DNA of 64,000 nucleotides from an uncultured Verrucomicrobiae bacterium (GTDB taxonomy: Bacteria > Verrucomicrobiota > Verrucomicrobiia > Chthoniobacterales > JAFAMB01). How positions within the stretch are numbered: position 1 is the stretch's first letter; every line of letters begins with the position of its first letter. The notes beneath the pieces are model-generated. The model saw only the letters and a list, made by a program, of their open reading frames with translations, was not told where the DNA came from and searched no databases. The translations under genes and the position numbers were made by a program. Location: contig CAWIPH010000002.1 of the NCBI GenBank assembly GCA_963837955.1, positions 2,208,001 to 2,272,000 on the forward strand. Direction: 5' to 3'. Below, one piece after another: positions 19,467-30,621 of this stretch.

Positions 19467-20483
19467 ATGATCGGAATCGCATTACTGGGCGCCGGTCGCA
19501 TGGCGCGAGTGCATGCTCAGGGAATTGGGGCGGCCGGGGGAAAACTCGTCACAGTTTTCGACGTTGTTGAGAAGGCGGCTGCGTCTCTTGCTTCAGAAAC
19601 CGGCGCCTCCGTATCGGGCAGCATCGAAGAGGCGTTGGATCATCCCGGAGTCGCGGCTGTGCTTGTGGCGACGTCGTCGGACACACACGTCAATTGTATC
19701 ATCCAGGCGTCCGAGGCCGGAAAGGCGGTCATGTGCGAGAAGCCGCTGGCACCGAGCCTGGCAGAGGCACAGCGCTGTATCGATGTTCTGGGTGCCAAGG
19801 CAGGCAATGTCTTTTTGGGCTTCAACCGCCGCTTCGATCCAGGCCACGCAGCACTGAAAAAAGCAATTGAGGCGGGCGAGATCGGCAATCTCGAACAACT
19901 GACAATTACCAGTCGCGACCCGCATCCGCCGCCGCTCGACTACATCCCCAATTCAGGCGGGCTCTTTCGAGACATGATGATCCATGACTTTGACATGGCT
20001 CGCTGGATGTTAGGCGAAGAACCGGTGAGTATTCACAGTCGTGGCAGCTGTCTGGTCGACCCCGAGATTGGCAGGCTTGGCGACATCGACACGGCTTCTG
20101 TCAGCTTGGTCACACCAAGCGGCAAGCAGGCCGTGATCTTGAATTCACGGCGAGCCGCATATGGATACGACCAGCGGATCGAAGCCTTCGGTTCGGCCGG
20201 CATGCTCATTTCTGACAATCCGAAGGCCACGGGCTTAACGCGGTATTCCAGCCAGAGCTTTGGGGCGCCGGATCGCTTTCGCGCGTTTTACATGGAACGC
20301 TATGGCGACAGCTATCGGCTGGAGATTGAAACCTTCCTCCGCGGAGTAGTCGAGGGCACGCCGTTCCCGGTAAATGCTATTGACGGCCTGCGAACCGCTT
20401 ATCTGGCGGAGGCGGCTGCAGCCTCTCTGCGAACGGGAAGGGCCATCGAACTCAAAGCTAACTGCGAGGTGACTTGGACATGA
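19467..20483 (+). CDS. iolG: Inositol 2-dehydrogenase
   Basis: GAGRMA, CEKP, GFNRRFDP, ITSRDP, SGGLFRDMMIHDFD, NSRRAAYGYDQRIE. Confidence 0.85.
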   Translation: MIGIALLGAGRMARVHAQGIGAAGGKLVTVFDVVEKAAASLASETGASVSGSIEEALDHPGVAAVLVATSSDTHVNCIIQASEAGKAVMCEKPLAPSLAEAQRCIDVLGAKAGNVFLGFNRRFDPGHAALKKAIEAGEIGNLEQLTITSRDPHPPPLDYIPNSGGLFRDMMIHDFDMARWMLGEEPVSIHSRGSCLVDPEIGRLGDIDTASVSLVTPSGKQAVILNSRRAAYGYDQRIEAFGSAGMLISDNPKATGLTRYSSQSFGAPDRFRAFYMERYGDSYRLEIETFLRGVVEGTPFPVNAIDGLRTAYLAEAAAASLRTGRAIELKANCEVTWT

Positions 20484-21277
20484 GTGACGACTCTTTCCCG
20501 AGAAACCGAACCACTATCGCGATGATCACCGGAGGCACACAAGGCCTTGGGCTGGCGATCGCCAAAAGGCTGGCACAAGAAGGTGCTCGTGGGATAGCCA
20601 TCAGCGGTCGAAACTCGGAAAAGGGTCAAAGCGCTGCCGAGAGTATTCGCGTACTGGGGACCGATTGCCTGTTTGTAAAGGCCGACGTTTCGATCGCCGA
20701 TGACTGCTTCAGACTCGTCGACTCCACTCTGGAGCACTTCGGCAGCGCTAATGGCCTGGTTAATTCGGCAGCCGCGACAGATCGCGGCACGCTTCTGGAC
20801 ACCAGCCTTGAGCACTGGAACCGGCACTTCGACACGAATGTACGCGGCCCCTTCCTGATGATGCAGCGCCTGGTCAAACACTTAGTTGGAACCGGCAGGC
20901 CGGGCAGCATTGTTAATATTATCTCGATGGCAGCCCACTGCGGGCAGTCTTATCTGACAGCTTACTCGGCTTCGAAAGGGGCACTGGCAACCCTCACCAA
21001 AAATGTTGCCAATGCGTATGCGGCCAGACGCATACGATGCAACGGCATCCTCCTCGGCTGGATGGATACTCCCGGTGAGAGCGTGACCCAGAAGAAATTC
21101 CATGGCGCGAGCGAAGATTGGTTGGGTAAAGCCGAGGCGGCTCAGCCCATGGGGCAGCTCGTTAAGCCAGAGGAGGTGGCGGGACTCGTCGCTTACATGC
21201 TGAGCCCGGAGTCCGGTGTCATGACTGGGGCTTTGGTAGATTATGATCAGAATGTTGCCGGAGCCTATCCTGAGTAA
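20480..21277 (+). CDS. SDR family oxidoreductase
   Basis: TGGTQGLG, LVNSAA, YSASK; ATGA coupling to iolG. Confidence 0.9.
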   Translation: MSDDSFPRNRTTIAMITGGTQGLGLAIAKRLAQEGARGIAISGRNSEKGQSAAESIRVLGTDCLFVKADVSIADDCFRLVDSTLEHFGSANGLVNSAAATDRGTLLDTSLEHWNRHFDTNVRGPFLMMQRLVKHLVGTGRPGSIVNIISMAAHCGQSYLTAYSASKGALATLTKNVANAYAARRIRCNGILLGWMDTPGESVTQKKFHGASEDWLGKAEAAQPMGQLVKPEEVAGLVAYMLSPESGVMTGALVDYDQNVAGAYPE

Positions 21278-21302
21278 CAGAACGCGTTGACTAGGAAATT
21301 TT

Positions 21303-22472
21303 ATGGCAGCAGTAGAAGAGAGAAAAGTCAGGGTAGGCATGGTTGGTGGTGGGCCTGGCGCCGGAATTGCCGAGACTCATCGGACGGCGATGCGGCTCGA
21401 CGACAGGTACGTGATCGTTGCAGGCGTGTTTTCCCGTGACCGTGAGAAATCGCTGAGTGCGGCAAAGAAATTGTACATTCCCGAGGACAGAATTTACTCG
21501 GACTATGTCGCGATGGCAGAGGCGGAATCGGCACGAAAGGATAAGAGGATTGATGCGGTTGTTATTGTAACTCAAACCGCTAGTCACTATGAGATCGCGC
21601 GGAAATTTCTGGAGACTGGAATCAATGTTGTTTGCGATAAGCCGTTATGCCTAAAGCTGGCGGAAGCTAAGGAGCTTCAGAGACTCGTCGAGAAAAGCGG
21701 ACTGATCTTTTGCCTAACCCATAACTATTCAGGGTACGCGATGGTTAGACAGGCGGCTCGCATGGTCAGGAACGGCGATATTGGGAAGGTGAAGGTTGTG
21801 CAAGCCGAGCACGCGTCTGGCTGGGCAATCAAGCTATTGGAAAAAGAGGGTCATCCACAAGCAGCATGGAGAACGGATCCGGAGGTTCTCGGTGATGCCA
21901 GTGTATTATACGATCTTGGTACCCATGCACACCAGCTAAGCCGTTTTGTGACCGGACTCGAGGTTACGGAGGTAGCTGCAGAAATGAACCAAATCGTTGA
22001 AGGCAGAGCGATCAAGGACAATGCCAATGTGTTGCTCCGGTTTTCCAATGGCGCGCGAGGAACACTCTGGGCATCGATGGCGGCCGCCGGCAATGAGCAC
22101 GGCCTTCGGATTCGCGTTTACGGGGATCGAGGCAGCTTGGCCTGGCATCATGAGGATCCGCATCACTTGCGTTATTGCCCGATCGATCGTGCGCCGCAAT
22201 TACTGGCGCAGGGCGCGGACTGGCTGTCCCCAGATGCACGACGTTGGACGCGCGTGGGGCTTGGGCATCCGGAAGGATTTTTTGAAGCGTTTGCCAATCT
22301 CTATACAGAGGTCGCGGACGCTCTTTTGGCTAAGTCGGAGGGCAAAGCATGGGTAAAAGGTGATCTCGGTTTTCCCGATGTCACGGACGGAGTACGTGGG
22401 GTAGCCTTTGTGGAAAGTGCCATGCGCTCCTACGCGGGAGGCGGCGCATGGAAGCAGGTCGAGGCGGCTTAA
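21303..22472 (+). CDS. Gfo/Idh/MocA family oxidoreductase
   Basis: GMVGGG, CDKP, THNYSGY, DLGTH, GHPEGFFEAFANLY. Confidence 0.9.
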   Translation: MAAVEERKVRVGMVGGGPGAGIAETHRTAMRLDDRYVIVAGVFSRDREKSLSAAKKLYIPEDRIYSDYVAMAEAESARKDKRIDAVVIVTQTASHYEIARKFLETGINVVCDKPLCLKLAEAKELQRLVEKSGLIFCLTHNYSGYAMVRQAARMVRNGDIGKVKVVQAEHASGWAIKLLEKEGHPQAAWRTDPEVLGDASVLYDLGTHAHQLSRFVTGLEVTEVAAEMNQIVEGRAIKDNANVLLRFSNGARGTLWASMAAAGNEHGLRIRVYGDRGSLAWHHEDPHHLRYCPIDRAPQLLAQGADWLSPDARRWTRVGLGHPEGFFEAFANLYTEVADALLAKSEGKAWVKGDLGFPDVTDGVRGVAFVESAMRSYAGGGAWKQVEAA

Positions 22473-22542
22473 CCCAAAATCTGAAATTGCACCGGAATCT
22501 CGGAGTCTAGATTTAAGAGCGAAAGATCAAAAGGAGCAATAG

Positions 22543-23538
22543 ATGCTGAAAGTAGCCGTCATTGGAACTGGTTTTATTGGCTCGGTTCACGCGAAAAATA
22601 TTGCGCGACATCCCGGTGCAGAACTAGTGGCTGTGAGCGACGCTAACATCGAATTTGCCAAGAGGGTCGCGGCGACCACGGGCGCGAGAGCGGTAAGTGA
22701 TATTGCGGAAGTATTTGGCGATCAAGCGATCCAGGCCGTCTTGATTGCCACGCCTACTGATACGCATGTGGACTATCTCCGTCGTGCGGCTGCTGCTGGA
22801 AAGGCGATATATTGCGAGAAGCCGATTGGATTGGATTATGAGGAAGCAGAAAAAGCTGTGCGGGCGGTTCGTGCGGCCGGTGTTCCAGTCATGCTTGGAT
22901 TTAACCGTCGATTCGATGCGAGCCACGCTGCTGTAAAAGAGGCAGTAGACCGAGGCGAAGTCGGCAAAGTGGAAATTGTCCAGCTGACGAGCCGCGGCCC
23001 CAATCCGCCACCGATTTCGTACGTCAAGGTTTCTGGAGGCCAACTCCGCGATCAAACGATTCATTTTTTCGATTTGCTGCGATGGCTGACAAATGATGAA
23101 CCGGTTGAGGTATACGCAATAGGCGCCGCTTTGGTTGATCCGGCAATCGGCCAGGCAGGCGATGTCGATACGTCGATTGTGTCGCTGCGGATGGCATCCG
23201 GAGCGCTGTGCCAAATCGATAGTTCGCGGCGTGCGGCCTATGGGTACGACGAAAGGATTGAGGTGTTTGGTTCCGAAGGAATGGTGGAATCCGCACGGCA
23301 AAACTCCAGGGGACTCGTCCTTTACAAAGGACGTCAGATCCTTAAGGACGGGCTTCATCCGGGCTGGTTCGAGCGCATCGAACAGAGTTACTACGACGCG
23401 ATTGACACTTTCCTGAAGTCGGTAGAACAGGGTACGCCGCCGAGCCCTTCTCTTGAAGATGGTTTAAAAGCTCAGCTCATCGCCGACAAGGCAACGGAGT
23501 CAATAAAAACGGGGCAACCAATCAAAATTGCCATATAG
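22543..23538 (+). CDS. iolG: Inositol 2-dehydrogenase, second paralogue
   Basis: GTGFIG, CEKP, GFNRRFD, SGGQLRDQTIHFFD, SSRRAAYGYDERIE; AAGGAG RBS. Confidence 0.82.
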   Translation: MLKVAVIGTGFIGSVHAKNIARHPGAELVAVSDANIEFAKRVAATTGARAVSDIAEVFGDQAIQAVLIATPTDTHVDYLRRAAAAGKAIYCEKPIGLDYEEAEKAVRAVRAAGVPVMLGFNRRFDASHAAVKEAVDRGEVGKVEIVQLTSRGPNPPPISYVKVSGGQLRDQTIHFFDLLRWLTNDEPVEVYAIGAALVDPAIGQAGDVDTSIVSLRMASGALCQIDSSRRAAYGYDERIEVFGSEGMVESARQNSRGLVLYKGRQILKDGLHPGWFERIEQSYYDAIDTFLKSVEQGTPPSPSLEDGLKAQLIADKATESIKTGQPIKIAI

Positions 23539-23547
23539 GCTCTCAAC

Positions 23548-24452
23548 ATGGCCAAGGAAAATTTATTACCAGGGGTTCACTTGGGAGTTAGTCCGTTAAG
23601 TTGGACTAATGATGTGCTAGCTGAACTTGGCGGCGATATTCCGCTGGAAACCTGTCTGAAGGATGCCGCTGATATCGGCTACGAAGGAGTGGAACTGGGA
23701 AGGAAATTTCCAAGGGAAGGCCGGCAACTTTCGTCGATTCTTTCCAGTTATGGACTTCGGCTGAGTGGGTGGCTGGCATTCAGGGTTCCTCGCCGAACGT
23801 TCAGTAGAAGAGGAATGGAAGGCCGCCGCGGATCATGTCCGATTACTGAAGGACTGCGGCAGCCAGGTATTCGTTTACGCAGAATGGGATTGATAACCGA
23901 CGCCTCGCCGTGGGACGAACCCCTAAGCAAGCGTCCGACCTGAAAGCGAGCTCGAGTTTTCGGCCTATGCTGGCAGGCTTAGCGAATTTGCAACCAGGCT
24001 GAAGGAGACGGGGATCACGTTGGCCTACCACCACCATTTAAAGATGGTAGTTGAGAGAGCTGAAGAGATCGACGCTTTCTGCGAATCTACTTGAGAGGAC
24101 GTGGGGCTTCTCCTCGACACCGGTCACGCTTACGCAGCCGGCGCCGATTACGCCGAGATACTCCGGAAGTTCGGATCCAGAGTCGTGCACATCCACCTCA
24201 AAGATGTGCGCCGCGACGGTACTGGAACGCGCTCGCAAAAATGATTGGTCGTTTAATTCAGCAGTCAGGGAAGGGATGTTTACTGTTCCCGGTGACGGCG
24301 ACATCGATTTTTCGGCAATAGGAGAGTTTATCCGGACTTCAGGATATCGCGGCTGGGTCGTGGTAGAAGCTGAGCAGGACCCTGCTAAAGCAGCTCCAAA
24401 ATTATACGCGGAGAAAGCCTACCATTTCGTCAGAAAACTCATAGCCGGGTGA
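23548..24452 (+). pseudogene. iolE: Myo-inosose-2 dehydratase, split by several frameshifts (real decay or sequence error)
   Basis: SPLSWTND..LGGDIPLETCL; across frames GWHSG, LAYHHH, LLLDTGH, HIHLKDVR, FTVPGDG, VEAEQDP; in-frame TGA at 24092. Confidence 0.8.
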
Positions 24453-24470
24453 TTCAGGAGAAAAGTAGAT

Positions 24471-25653
24471 ATGGCAAAATCTTTGAATATTGGACTTATA
24501 GGTTCGGGGTTCATGGGGCAAGCGCACGCGGATGCTTACCGGCGCGCGGGAATATTGTATCGAAATCTGCCTCGCACGCCTGTGTTGTACGCTATCGCCG
24601 ATCAGAACGAGCGATCTGGCGGAGAAGGCCGGGCCAGGCTGGGTTTTGCAAAAGGCTACGGTGATTGGCGCCGGTTAATCGAAGACCCAGAAGTGGATGT
24701 TGTCGACATCACCACACCAAATCATTTGCATGTGGAACCGGCTTTGGCCGCCCTCGAGGCGGGGAAACATGTTTATTGTGAGAAGCCGATGGCGGTGAAA
24801 GTTGAAGATGCGCAGCGCATGGCCGCCGCAGCCAAGAAGTCAGGCGTTAAGACGTTGGTAGCTTTCAACAACATCAAAACTCCAGCGGCGCTGGTGGCCA
24901 AGCAGATCATCGAGCGCGGAGAAATCGGTGAATTGGTGCGTTTCCGAGGCAGGTTTGATCAAGGTTTTTTTAATGATCCCTATTTGCCCTGGTCCTGGCG
25001 CTGCTCCAGAGAGTTGGCGGGTACGGGAGCTCTGGGTGATCTTGGGGCGCATGCGGTTTCCGTGGCGCAATTTCTCATGGGCGACATAACGGCGGTTTCT
25101 GCGCAGGCCCAAACGATATTCAAAGAGCGTCCCAGTACCCGATTTCGATGCCGGCTACGGAAGCAAAGTGGCGGCCGACGCCAAAAAACAAGTGGTTGAA
25201 AACGAAGATCAAATCCAATCGCTGGTGAAATTTTCCTCCGGCGCCGCGGGTGTCATCGAGGCTTCGCGCATCTGCGCCGGTCGCGTTTTTGGCGTCTTTT
25301 GGGAGATCTCCGGTACGGAGGGAACGATCGTGAACAACGGCGAAAGATTTAACGAGCTTCAGGTCTTTCGAATGAGAGAAGCAAAGCGCGACCGCGGCTT
25401 CACCACCATCTATTGCGGATCGCAAGTTCCGCAGTATTCAGCCTTCTTTGGCTTTGATTTCGCCGGCGGCGGATTGGGCTACTTTGATATGAAGGTATTC
25501 GAGGTGCACGACCTTGTCCAAGCCATCGGGCGGGATGAGAAGTGTTTTCCGGATTTTGAGTTTGGCGCACGGAACCAAAAAATTCTTGAAGCGATCGATC
25601 AGTCGAGCAGATCGGGTACCTGGGTATCCGCGGATGAATTAGATCGGAGATAA
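24471..25653 (+). pseudogene. Gfo/Idh/MocA oxidoreductase with one frameshift near 25135
   Basis: GSGFMG, CEKP, GALGDLGAH in 24471-25199; continuation VENED..SRI in 25168-25653. Confidence 0.8.
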
Positions 25654-25888
25654 TGATCGATTTCATAGAAAACATTGCTCACCTGGCGAATCCTCGCTCC
25701 TCTGGTCGCCAGCTGCATATTGGAACCGGCAGCAGAGCGCCGCTCCAACGGCGCTAGAGGCGTTCCGATTTCGGTTCGAAACATTTGACCTTTTAGTTTT
25801 TGCGATCCAAGAATCTGCTTTCACAAAGAAGTTCTCGAGGAAGATTGCGGCAAAAACGGCAAAAAGGCTTTAGTTAAAAGAATTGCTC

Positions 25889-25915
25889 TTGACTAGAGGA
25901 GTTTCATTCTATAAT
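25889..25915 (+). promoter_or_regulatory. Possible sigma70 promoter upstream of the third ABC operon
   Basis: TTGACT and TATAAT, but the spacer is only 15 nt (this region has indels). Confidence 0.35.
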
Positions 25916-26216
25916 CGATTCGAAATTAAACGAAATCCCCCCGTCCCGCAACAATGAGTGCGCTGCCGGTTTCAATTTCGCTTTTCTTTCTATCGTTGTG
26001 TTCCCCAAAGGAGATCAGTGAGAGCGTTCCGGCGCGTGTCCCTTTTTGTGATCGAATTTTCCGACATAGATTACGTTTAATGTTCCCCCAAATTCAAACC
26101 AGGAGAAGACCATGTCCATTCAAAGCACAATCCATAAGCAATCCCACACCCCACCGAGAGCACGTGAAAACCCGTTTCAAGCAGGCTGTATCGCGATGGC
26201 CCATCGGAGTAAAGAA

Positions 26217-27163
26217 ATGAAGCTCGCAAAAGTTTTCCTTCCAGCGATTGCCATAATGACAATGGCCTTGGGCGGTATTCCCGCCCTGGCCGCCGAACCA
26301 AAGATCAAAATCGGGGTTACCATGGCCCTGTTCGACGATGTCTGGTTGACCAATGTCCGGGATGCCATGACCAAATGGGCCAAGAGCCACCCCGATGTCG
26401 AAATCACCATCGTCGATGCGAATAATGACACCGCCAAGCAGACGGGCCAGGTGGAAAATTTCCTGGCTCAGGGAATGAATGCCGTGGTCATCCTTCCGGT
26501 GGATACCGCCGCAACCGGACCGATGACCAAGGCCGTGGTCAAAGCCGGCAAGCCTTTGGTGTACGTGAACCGCAAGCCTTCAAACCTGCCGAAGGGAGTA
26601 GTGTATTGTGGTTCCAACTCCATTGAGGCCGGGATCATGAACATGGAGGAACTTGGTAAAGCAATGGGCGGCAAAGGAAATGTAGCCATCCTGATGGGTG
26701 AGCTGAGCAATGAAGCCGCCATTGGCCGTACGGATGGAATCAAGAAAGTCGTTAAGGAAAAGTTCCCAGATATCAAGGTTGTCCGCGAACAGAGCGGCAA
26801 CTGGAAGCGTGAGCAGGGCAAGACCATTATGGAGAACTGGTTGGCTTCCGGCCAGGAGATTGACGGAGTGGCCTCAAACAACGACGAGATGGCGCTGGGT
26901 GCATTGCAGGCCATCAAGGCTGCCGGAAAACTCGGAAAGATCCCTGTTGGCGGCACGGATGGCAGCCATGACGCTTTGGCGTCAATGGGCAAGGGTGAAC
27001 TGAATAACACCGTGTTCCAGGATCCCGTCGGCCAGGGTGAGGAAGCTGTCAATGCCGCCTATCTGCTGGTCAAGAAGGAACCCAATCCGAAAGTGGTGGA
27101 CGGTAACATCTGGATTGCCTACCAGCGATCAACAAGGAGAACTACAAGTCGTTCCTGAAATAA
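26217..27163 (+). CDS. Sugar (probably inositol) ABC substrate-binding protein; terminal frameshift near 27125
   Basis: Signal peptide MKLAKVFLPA; FDDVWL, LVYVNR, ASNNDEMALGA, TVFQD; the other frame gives the typical end INKENYKSFLK-stop at 27163. Confidence 0.85.
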
Positions 27164-27232
27164 GTCCTCGCTTGACCACTGTCTACCTAGGCCTGGAAGA
27201 CAGTGGTCATTGAACGAGAGAGGAGCCAAGCT

Positions 27233-28736
27233 ATGGAAAACGAATACGTGCTTAGTATGGAGGGTATTTCCAAGCAGTTCCCAGGGGTGCGTGCACTTAG
27301 CAATGTCGAACTGCGCGCCCGCAAGGGAACGGTGCATGCGCTGATGGGCGAAAACGGCGCAGGCAAATCGACGCTGATGAAATGTTTGATTGGCATCTAT
27401 GCGCCGGATTCGGGCACCATAACCTTCAAGGGTGAACGACTGAATATAACCAATACCCATTATGCTCTGTCCAAGGGTATTTCGATGATTCACCAGGAAC
27501 TGAGCCCGATTCCCCAGATGACCGTCGCGGAGAACATTTACCTGGGTCGTGAACCCATCACCTGGAACGGCCTGGTTGACATGCGCAAAATGAACCGCAT
27601 GGCCACAGAACTGTTAGATCGGCTTCACATCAAGATCAAGCCAACCGCTAAAATGTACGAGCTAAGCATTGCCAATGTTCAGCTCGCCGAAATCGCCAAA
27701 GCGGTTTCCTATAACTCGGACTTGATCATCATGGATGAACCAACCTCGGCTATCACCGAGGCGGAGGTGGAAGGACTTTTTAAGATCATCAGATCATTGA
27801 AGGCCCAGGGGTGCGCGATCATCTATATCAGCCATAAAATGGACGAGATCTTCAAGATCACCGATGAGGTCACGGTTTTCCGTGATGGTCAATACATCAG
27901 CACGGACGCAACCGCTGATTTAACCGATGGCAAACTCATCGAAAAGATGGTTGGCCGGACGCTTACCGATATGTTTCACAAGGAAACAACCGACATGGGT
28001 TCGGTTTTTCTTGATGTTCAAAACGTAAGCGGGAAAGGATTTCGCAATGTCAGTTTCCAGGTCAGGCGCGGCGAGATTCTAGGCCTTGCGGGCCTGATGG
28101 GGGCTGGGCGCACCGAACTTATGGAAGGGGTTTTTGGGGTGACCCGGACCCATGGCGGAACCATAAGGATTAATGGGAAGGAGGTCACAATCAAGTCACC
28201 GGCCGATGCGATTCGAAACGGCATGGCACTTGCTGACCGAAGACCGGAAACTGACCGGCTTGTACCTCAATGCCAGCGTTCGCGAGAATATGTTCATAGC
28301 GAACATAAATAGATACATGGTTAGGGCCCTTCGTTCATTTCGGGAAAATCGCGAAGGATTGCGAAAAGATGCGGGGCTTAATGCGCATCAAGACACCTAG
28401 CCTGATGGAAATTATAAAGAACCTGTCCGGTGGCAATCAACAGAAGGTATTGATTTCACGTTGGTTATTAACCGAGCCGGATCTCCTGATCCTGGACGAG
28501 CCAACGCGTGGGAATCGATGTCGGCGCCAAATCGGAAATCTACCGGCTGATGACCGAATTTGTTCGCTCCGGCAAGGCAATTATCATGATCTCGTCGGAA
28601 TTGCCGGAAGATCCTCGGGATGAGTGATCGAATCATGGTCATGCACACAGGCGACAAGGTAGGTGAGCTTTCGCGGGCGGAAGCGACACAGGAAAAGATC
28701 CTTCAAATGGCTACGGGGATGAGTTTAACTGCATAA
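27233..28736 (+). pseudogene. Sugar ABC ATP-binding protein with several frameshifts after ~28225
   Basis: [14 protein letters not shown]; across frames [36 protein letters not shown]. Confidence 0.82.
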
Positions 28737-28747
28737 AAAGGAGCGTT

Positions 28748-29783
28748 GTGGAAAATCCGGAGTCACTACCGCAAACAAGGCTGCAACTGGGCAACAGGGT
28801 ATAAGATGCTACTGTCGAGCATCTTCAGCAAATATGGAATCTTTCTGATTTTTGCCGTCATGGTTTTGGCGGCCTCGGTACTTGTCACCGGCGTTCTTAA
28901 GTAGTACTAAACCTGATAAATATTGTGCGACAGATGTCCATCGTTGGCCTGATCGCGCTTGGTGTTACCGGGGTGATCGTCAGCGCCGGCATCGACCTTT
29001 CGTCTGGCTCCGTGGTTGGTTTGACGGCGGTCGTTGCGGCCAGCCTGGCTCAGGTCGCCCGATAATTCAACCGCCTTTTATCCCGGTCTTCATCTTCCCT
29101 TAATTATCGCGGTGTTGGCGGCTTGTCTGGTCGGTGCGTTGGTGGGTTTGATCAACGGCAGCCTCGTTGCGAAAACTCGCATTCCGCCGTTTATCGCTAC
29201 TTTGGGCACCTATACTGCGATTCGCGGTGCTGGCCTTGCTCTACACCGGCGGTCGTCCAATTTCCGATTTGACGGATGCAGTATAACTTCATCGGCCAGG
29301 GCGATGTGTTTGGGTGTTCCAGTTCCGATTATCATTCTGGTGATCATGGCGGTTGTTACTCACATCCTTTATGCCCATACCAAATTCGGAAAATACATCT
29401 ACGCGATTGGTGGCAACGAACAGGCGGCGCGGGTTTCGGGCATCGATGCATCCAAGTATAAGATGCTTATTTACGTGTATGCGAGTTTCCTGGCGGGATT
29501 GGCCGGATTGGTGGTTTCTTCCCGGATTGGTTCGGGGCAACCGGGGCTTGGCGTCGGCTACGAACTTGATGCCATCGCGGCCGCGGTCATCGGTGGCACC
29601 TCCCTTTCGGCTGGTGGAATCGGGACAGTTGCAGGAACGATTATTGGGGCGCTCATTATCGGTGTATTAAACAATATTCTCGACTTGATGAATGTGTCGG
29701 CCTATTTCCAGCAGATTATCAAGGGTTGCATCATTGTTGGTGCAGTCATTCTCGACCAGCTTAAGCAGCGCGGAACCAAGTAA
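28748..29783 (+). pseudogene. Sugar ABC permease with frameshifts in its 5' half
   Basis: [52 protein letters not shown] distributed over several frames. Confidence 0.82.
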
Positions 29784-29996
29784 TAATCACTCTCCTTTGT
29801 TTTCCGCGTGCATAGGATTACTTGATTTTTAGCACTTTGGGAAGGAGCGAGCGACGGTATCGGATATCGTTATGGCGCTCAAAGCTAGTTGTTATGGAGG
29901 TTGGTTAGTAACTGACCCGGACAGAGTTCCGCTTGATCGACAAAGACGGTCGAGCGGGTTTCCGCCGGAGTTCTCCATGTACGGTCGATCAAGCCG

Positions 29997-30233
29997 GTGA
30001 ACAAAGAGGAGATCGTGAACGTAGCCGAGAAGGCCAAGGAAGTGATCACAGTGGATGCAACGATGCGGACGCCTTATGCAACCGATGCATTCGTTTATCG
30101 CGAGATGCCACAGACTATCGTCCTGCCCAAGACCGAGGATGATATCTGCAAGCTCGTCCCCTTGGCACCTGAACGCAGCACTTTACTCATATCGAGGACA
30201 GCTGGCGCCTGCTTGCCGGCAGGCAACCAACCC
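29997..30233 (+). pseudogene. Degraded N-terminal fragment of an FAD-binding oxidoreductase (GlcD/D-lactate dehydrogenase-like)
   Basis: YATDAFVYREMP..LPKTEDDI..ISRTAGACLPAG resembles the family start YATDASxY..P..IPRGAGTSLAG; truncated at the iolD duplication. Confidence 0.6.
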
Positions 30234-30621
30234 GATCCTTGAGGTATACCCATCATGAATGAAACGATAACCCTTCCAGAGAACCTAAGCATTCCCAAGC
30301 GGGGGACTGTGCGGCTGACGACTGCACAGGCCCTTGTGCGCTACCTTTCTGGTTTGCGCACCCGGCTTGAAGGTCCGCAGGGCGAGGAAATCGTGCCTCT
30401 TTTTGGCGGAGTCTTCGCGATCTTCGGGATCCTTGAGGTATACCCAGCATGAATGAAACGATAACCCTTCCAGAGAACCCAAGCATTCCCAAACGCGGGA
30501 CCGTACGGCTGACGACTGCACAGGCCCTTGTGCGCTACCTTTCTGGTTTGCGCACACGGCTTGAAGGTCCGCAGGGCGAGGAAATCGTGCCTCTTTTTGG
30601 CGGAGTCTTCGCAATCTTCGG
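30234..30621 (+). repeat. 194-bp tandem duplication of the iolD RBS and first ~58 codons
   Basis: Copies at 30234-30427 and 30428-30621; the first gives truncated ORF 30255-30452. Confidence 0.92.

Noticed and set aside
24092..24094. In-frame TGA in iolE read as selenocysteine, or programmed frameshifting
   Set aside because: It is not at a Cys-equivalent catalytic site, it lies in an indel-dense zone, and no consistent slippery motif is visible.
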